64,000 nucleotides of DNA from Chthoniobacterales bacterium (GTDB lineage Bacteria > Verrucomicrobiota > Verrucomicrobiia > Chthoniobacterales > Chthoniobacteraceae): positions 93,366-157,365 of the forward strand of contig JBBRPM010000006.1 of assembly GCA_038228115.1 (NCBI GenBank), in the 5' to 3' direction. Shown here piece after piece: positions 59,104 through 64,000 of this stretch. Positions within the stretch are counted from its first letter, which is position 1. Each line of letters begins with the position of its first letter. Position numbers and translations under genes: made by a program. Under the pieces are notes generated by a model. The model ran no database searches. It was not told the origin of the DNA and saw only the letters and a list, made by a program, of their open reading frames with translations.

Positions 59104-59805
59104 TTAGTTCAGGCCGGGACGATACGAGCGCGTCGAACCGGTGACCGCGTCCACCTGCATCGTGAAATAGTTGTCGGGCAGCGTGGTGACCATGCCGTCG
59201 GACACGGACGGATCTTTGCTGACGTGCGTGCCGTAAACCGTGATGTACCAAACGTCTTTGCCGTTCGCTGAACCCGCCACCGAAAGATCGGTCGAGCCAT
59301 CGGGCAGGAAGCGCAGGGCGTTGTATTGGTAGTTTTTCTGGACACCCTTGTCAGGAATTTCGGGATCGGAATCGAGCGGCTTGGTCACGCGCGTGCGGGT
59401 CGTGTCGGAAAGGATCGTGGAGAGAGTTTCGCCGATGATGACGTTGACCGGCAGGCGCTGGATCGGCGAGAGCGGCAGGGCGACGCCGTTTTCCAAAACC
59501 TCAAACGTCTGCACGGCGCGGAAGAAGCCGGTCTCCGGCTTCGATGGGTCTTCGCCCGGGGACTCGGAACTGGCGAACTTGTAAAAACGCACCTCGACGG
59601 AGCGATTCCGCGCGAGCGCGGTCTGGCGGGCAAGCGCGATTTGATCGGTGACCATCTGCGAGCCCTGCGTGAGCTGGGAGCCTTTGATCATCGTGGTCAC
59701 GGCGGGAACAGCGAAGCCGGCGACGATGGCGATGACCGAGATGACGACGAGCAATTCCACGAGCGAAAAGGCGCGCGCGAACGCGAAATGAACTTTGGTT
59801 TTCAT
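59104..59805 (-). CDS. Prepilin-type N-terminal cleavage/methylation-domain protein (pseudopilin-like)
   Basis: FSLVELLVVISVIAIVAG class-III signal motif. Confidence 0.65.
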   Translation of the reverse strand: MKTKVHFAFARAFSLVELLVVISVIAIVAGFAVPAVTTMIKGSQLTQGSQMVTDQIALARQTALARNRSVEVRFYKFASSESPGEDPSKPETGFFRAVQTFEVLENGVALPLSPIQRLPVNVIIGETLSTILSDTTRTRVTKPLDSDPEIPDKGVQKNYQYNALRFLPDGSTDLSVAGSANGKDVWYITVYGTHVSKDPSVSDGMVTTLPDNYFTMQVDAVTGSTRSYRPGLN

Positions 59806-59932
59806 GGTGAAGGGAAGGGAGGTCTTGGGCGGATTCTGGCAGCTAAATCGCTCGGCAGCGCATGCACATTATACATACCGGCCCGGTCGCGCAAAGGGGA
59901 CTTTGCGCAAATGGCATTGGTTTCCCGCGACG

Positions 59933-61036
59933 ATGCAGTTTCGGACTCGACACGCTGCAAATTCCCGCGCTCGATGGCACCTCTTCATCGTGGACGCTCA
60001 CTCGATTTCCAGCCTGAAAAAAGCCGCGGCAAGCGGGCGCGCGGACGCTGTGGTCCACGGTCAGGTCGAGTCGCTGACGCGCAAGGAAACGCGGGATGGG
60101 AAGCCGTTCTTCGAGCTGGTGCTCGCGGACGCCGAGGGAAAGCTGACGCTGCGCGCGTGGAGCGATTCGCCGGCGTTTTCTCTCTGTGAAAACATGACGC
60201 CGGGCGAATTCGTGGCGGTCTCGGGCGAGTTCGCGCAGAGCGCAGCCTTCGGCGTGGAGTCGAAACGCTGGACGTGCGCGCCGCTCCCGGACGCGGACCG
60301 CGACGCGCTGCTCGCCGGGTCGCCAGAACTGCGCGCACGGCAGGACGCGGACTTTGAATACCTGCGCGGAATTTTGGCGGGGCTGGTCGATCCGCGTTTT
60401 CGCGCGCTCGCCGATTTGTTCCTCGCGGAATACGGCGACCGCTTTCGCCGGACGGCGGCGGCGCGGCAAAATCATCACGCGCGCCGCGGCGGCCTCGTGG
60501 AGCACGTCGCGCAAATGATGCGCTCGGCGGATGCGCTGGCGGGAGTTTATCCGCTGCTGAATCGCGATCTGCTGCTCACCGCCGTGCTTTTTCACGATGC
60601 AGGAAAACTGTGGGAAAACTCGCTGCCGGCGGATGGCTTTGTGATGCCGTTCGATGAACGCGGGGAAATGCTCGGCCACATCACGATCGGCATCGAACTC
60701 GTGAACACACTCTGGCGCAAACTGCTCGCGACGCCTGATGCCGCCTTGTGGAGCGGGCTGCAGCCATCGAGCGAAGACGCGCGGCTGCACCTGCTGCATC
60801 TCGTCGCATCGCATCATGGCGAGCTGCAATTCGGTTCGCCGATCGTGCCGAAAACGCCCGAGGCGTGGGCGCTGCATTACGTGGACAATTTGGACGCGAA
60901 AATGGAAATGCTCGCCGCCGGATACGCCGCATCGCGCCACCTCGCGCCGCGCATCCAGGAGCGAGTGTGGCCGCTGCCCGGGCATCTCGTCACGCCATTG
61001 CCGCGCTTTCTGCCGCCGCCAACCGACGCGTCGTAA
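59933..61036 (+). CDS. OB-fold plus HD-domain protein (YhaM-like 3'-5' exonuclease family)
   Basis: Start at MQFRTRH; HD motif (VLFHDAGK ... HHG ... D). Confidence 0.55.
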   Translation: MQFRTRHAANSRARWHLFIVDAHSISSLKKAAASGRADAVVHGQVESLTRKETRDGKPFFELVLADAEGKLTLRAWSDSPAFSLCENMTPGEFVAVSGEFAQSAAFGVESKRWTCAPLPDADRDALLAGSPELRARQDADFEYLRGILAGLVDPRFRALADLFLAEYGDRFRRTAAARQNHHARRGGLVEHVAQMMRSADALAGVYPLLNRDLLLTAVLFHDAGKLWENSLPADGFVMPFDERGEMLGHITIGIELVNTLWRKLLATPDAALWSGLQPSSEDARLHLLHLVASHHGELQFGSPIVPKTPEAWALHYVDNLDAKMEMLAAGYAASRHLAPRIQERVWPLPGHLVTPLPRFLPPPTDAS

Positions 61037-61100
61037 TCTTCTCGTCCAAGTTGCTTGACGAGTTCGGTTTTCGCGGCTCGCTTACATCTTTGTGAAAGCG

Positions 61101-62507
61101 ATGTTTTCCATGGTCCGATTCTGCTGCGCTCTGGGAGCGCTCGCCTCGCTTTTGCCGGACGCCTTTTCCGCCACGCCCGCCGAGCAGTCTGCCATCACGC
61201 GTCTCGATTTGCTCGGTTTTGCGCAAGGCCCGGACGCCTTTGCGCGCGCGGTCGCCACGCGGCATCGCCCGCTAATCGATCTCTGTTTCGCCGCGCATTT
61301 CGACGTGAACACGCCGGATGAAACCGGTCGCACTCCGCTCCTGATCGCGTCGCTCGATGGCGATTGGAAAACAGTCGCGCGCCTGCTCGCAGCCGGTGCC
61401 TCGGTGGACACGGCGGACTCCAGCGGCGTGACGCCGCTGATGGCTGCGGCCATGCACGGCAATGTGGAAATGCTGCGCGCGTTTTCCGCCAAAGATGCCA
61501 GCGCGGACAGCGTGGACGCCGAGGGCCGCGCGCCGATTCACTACGCGATTGCAGCGGCGAAACTCGACGCCGTCGAATTCCTGCTCCCGCTCACTGCGGA
61601 CCTTGGCGTGACTTGCCGCGATGGCAACAACGCGCTCGGCATGGCGTTTGAAACGGAGAACGCGAAGATCATCCGCGCCGTTTTCGACCGGGTGCCATCC
61701 ACGCTTCAATGGACCCCGGCGACGCGGAAGGCACTGACTGCCGTGCTCGCGACGGGCGACAAGGAGCAGATCCGCGGACTGCTCGCCAAGCATGCCGTTC
61801 CCCCGACGCCCGACGGACACAGCGCGCCGCTTCTCGCCTACGCCATTTCCATGAATGCGACGCCGCTTTTCGACATGCTGCTCGAATGCGGCGCGGACCC
61901 GAATACGACGATCCCCACGCCGTGCGAAAAGGAATTTCTCGCGACCGTGCCGCGCAATTTTCTCCATCACTACCTGGAAGGCGACAGCGGCGTGACCGTG
62001 CTCATGCTGGCCGCGAGCCTGGGCCGGGAGGACTTGGTGAAAGCGCTGCTCGATGCCGGCGCGAACCGCAATCGCGCCACGCCGAAGTTCAAAATGATCC
62101 CCCTCTATTTCGCCACGCGGAGCGACAGTTGGCGCTGCACGCAGATGCTGCTCGGCAGCGGGCCGAGCCCGGAAAAACTGCGGATCGAAGTCTCACTTTC
62201 CTCGCAGGAAGCGGTCGTTTTCAAAAACGGCGAACCCACTTTCAAGACGAGTGTCTCAACCGGGCGCAAGGGCTTCTCCACGCCGCCGGGCCGCTACGTG
62301 GTCACGGACAAGGATCGCGATCACAAGTCCACGATTTACAAAGTCGCGATGCCCTTTTTCATGCGGCTGAGCTGTCGCGATTTCGGCCTCCATCAGGGCG
62401 TCGTGGAATCGCATCCCGCTTCGCACGGCTGCATCCGTCTGCCCGGCGACGCTGCGCGCAAGCTCTTCTCCGAGATTCCTGTCGGCACGCTGGTTTCGAT
62501 CAATTGA
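61101..62507 (+). CDS. Secreted ankyrin-repeat protein fused to L,D-transpeptidase (YkuD) catalytic domain
   Basis: Several GxTPLxxAAxxG ankyrin repeats, then C-terminal YkuD with SHGCIRL. Start is ATG 61101 or GTG 61092. Confidence 0.7.
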   Translation: MFSMVRFCCALGALASLLPDAFSATPAEQSAITRLDLLGFAQGPDAFARAVATRHRPLIDLCFAAHFDVNTPDETGRTPLLIASLDGDWKTVARLLAAGASVDTADSSGVTPLMAAAMHGNVEMLRAFSAKDASADSVDAEGRAPIHYAIAAAKLDAVEFLLPLTADLGVTCRDGNNALGMAFETENAKIIRAVFDRVPSTLQWTPATRKALTAVLATGDKEQIRGLLAKHAVPPTPDGHSAPLLAYAISMNATPLFDMLLECGADPNTTIPTPCEKEFLATVPRNFLHHYLEGDSGVTVLMLAASLGREDLVKALLDAGANRNRATPKFKMIPLYFATRSDSWRCTQMLLGSGPSPEKLRIEVSLSSQEAVVFKNGEPTFKTSVSTGRKGFSTPPGRYVVTDKDRDHKSTIYKVAMPFFMRLSCRDFGLHQGVVESHPASHGCIRLPGDAARKLFSEIPVGTLVSIN

Positions 62508-62509
62508 GC

Positions 62510-63784
62510 GTGCGCCGCTTTGTTCTCGCCGCGCTGTTTTGCCTCTGCGCGCGAGCCGATGCGCAAAGACTCAGCGTGCTCGCGCCCGCGCCGGAATGGC
62601 GCGACTTGGAGCCGTATCAGGAGACGATCACGCGCGCGGAATTTTTGCGGCTGCTGGAAAACATTTACGCGCCGGAAAACGCCGCGGCAGGGCTGATTGA
62701 TGTCGGTGAAGACGCGGCGGTGATCCGGGAAAATCTCGCGCCCGGCGACACGTTCACGCTGCGTTTTGCGAAAAACGAGGCGACCGCAAAAGCCGTCCCG
62801 CGCTCCTGGCGAAAGCTCGCCGACATCCCGCGCGGCAGCAATCCCAAGAAACCACTCGCCGGGGTGAAAATCGCGATCGATCCCGGCCATCTCGGTGGCG
62901 CTTGGGCGAAGATGGAAGAGCGCTGGTTTCAGATCGGCAACACCCTTCCCGTGACTGAGGGCGACATGACCCTGCGCGTCGCAAAACTCCTCGCGCCGCA
63001 ACTCTCGGCGCTCGGGGCTGAAGTCTCGCTCGTCCGCAGCGCGCCCGGCCCCACCACGCCGGAGCGGCCGGAAAATCTCCGCGACGCAGCGCGGGCGGAC
63101 CTGCTTTTCCAAGGCTCCACCAATCCGGCGGAAACCTACTCCGGTCCGAACGATCCGCTCCGCGCCGGCAGCGTGCAATTTCGCAGCGAACTGCTCTTTT
63201 TTCGCAACGCAGAAATCCGCCACCGCGCGGAAATCGTGAATACGCGGCTGCGCCCGGACCTCGTCCTGTGCCTGCACTTCGATGCCGACGCGTGGGGCGA
63301 TGCGGGCGAAGCGCTTTTCACGCTGAACAACGGCCTGCACGCGCTCGTCAATGGCACCTATAGCGCCGACGAACTCCACCACGACGATGTGCGGCACGAC
63401 ATGCTCGTGAAGCTGCTCGGTCGCACCGCGGACGAGGAAATCGCCATTTGTGAAATGATCGTCCACACGCTGGCCCGCCGCCTCGCCCTGCCGCCACACA
63501 TTTACACCAGCGACATCGCGCGCCGCACCGGAGCGAGCCCATACGTCTGGGCGCGAAACCTCCTCGCGAACCGGCTCTACCACTGCCCGGTCGTCTTCCT
63601 CGAACCGTATGCGATGAACAATCGCGAAGTCTGGGAGCGCATCCAGGCCGGCGATTACGAGGGCGAACGCGAAGTCGCGGGGAGCCTCCGCAAAAGCATC
63701 TTCCGCGAGTATGCGGATGCGGTGGCGGAAGGCGTGCTTTTGATGGAGAAAATGTCCAATTCCCAAGCTCCAGGCTCCAAATAA
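62510..63784 (+). CDS. N-acetylmuramoyl-L-alanine amidase (Amidase_3 family), secreted
   Basis: GTG start adjacent to the upstream stop; signal peptide; VKIAIDPGHLGG catalytic region. Confidence 0.65.
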   Translation: MRRFVLAALFCLCARADAQRLSVLAPAPEWRDLEPYQETITRAEFLRLLENIYAPENAAAGLIDVGEDAAVIRENLAPGDTFTLRFAKNEATAKAVPRSWRKLADIPRGSNPKKPLAGVKIAIDPGHLGGAWAKMEERWFQIGNTLPVTEGDMTLRVAKLLAPQLSALGAEVSLVRSAPGPTTPERPENLRDAARADLLFQGSTNPAETYSGPNDPLRAGSVQFRSELLFFRNAEIRHRAEIVNTRLRPDLVLCLHFDADAWGDAGEALFTLNNGLHALVNGTYSADELHHDDVRHDMLVKLLGRTADEEIAICEMIVHTLARRLALPPHIYTSDIARRTGASPYVWARNLLANRLYHCPVVFLEPYAMNNREVWERIQAGDYEGEREVAGSLRKSIFREYADAVAEGVLLMEKMSNSQAPGSK

Positions 63785-63835
63785 ATTTGAATCGCTCCGT
63801 GCCGCGATTTTGGGTAGTGGCTCAGTTTGGAAAAA

Positions 63836-63991
63836 CTGTCATGTTGAGCGAAGCGAAATATCTCTGACTATTTCCGGCGGTCACCCGCGGCCACGGCCAA
63901 GAAGAAGAAAATAGTCGGCTCGCCCGCCTTCCTTCCCCCTCTTGTCCCCTCCGCCGCCTCGGAGGTTCATCGCTGCGCTCAGAATGACCGG
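63836..63991. repeat. Inverted-repeat element family 2, copy C (with internal Pro-codon-like insertion)
   Basis: ctgtcatgttgagcgaagcgaa ... tctgactatttcc ... aagaagaagaaaatagtcgg ... gctcagaatgaccgg followed by tttttt. Confidence 0.5.
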
Positions 63992-64000
63992 TTTTTTCCA

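Noticed and set aside
59843-60985. 380-aa minus-strand ORF
   Set aside because: Antisense to the HD-domain gene.
62393-63766. 457-aa minus-strand ORF
   Set aside because: Antisense to the amidase gene.

Overview
High-GC (about 65%) bacterial chromosome segment whose gene content points to a Verrucomicrobia- or Planctomycetes-like lineage. The pointers are a prepilin-type N-methylation pseudopilin, a DUF1800/DUF1501 pair, DUF4912 and Ala/Pro-rich secreted Amt proteins. The reading is mostly ordinary housekeeping and envelope genes, with short accessory islands between them. Housekeeping genes include clpP-clpX-tig, hisF, hemB, rarA, xth, xerC-like, two amt-glnK units, a CusRS-like two-component system and a 5'-truncated heavy-metal P-type ATPase. 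The accessory content is: (1) a GC-poor (about 53%) island carrying the uncharacterised cassette of three-Cys-motif partner protein TcmP and a DUF5131 (phage Gp37/Gp68) protein, flanked by a MoaD/ThiS-like protein ending in Gly-Gly and a vapBC toxin-antitoxin pair; (2) a phd-like/doc toxin-antitoxin pair inserted between DUF1800 and DUF1501 genes; (3) an orphan TraD/VirD4-like type IV coupling ATPase with no other secretion-system genes nearby; (4) at least three families of short inverted-repeat (MITE/REP-like) elements sitting just 3' of genes; (5) a flotillin gene interrupted by a one-nucleotide frameshift and a fatty-acid desaturase remnant. No rRNA or CRISPR array was seen, and tRNAs cannot be excluded by eye. 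Because of the high GC, most long ORFs antisense to real genes in the six-frame track are spurious. Coordinates of CDS features come from the ORF track, with internal start codons chosen by gene context. Coordinates of repeats, hairpins and promoters were read directly from the sequence.
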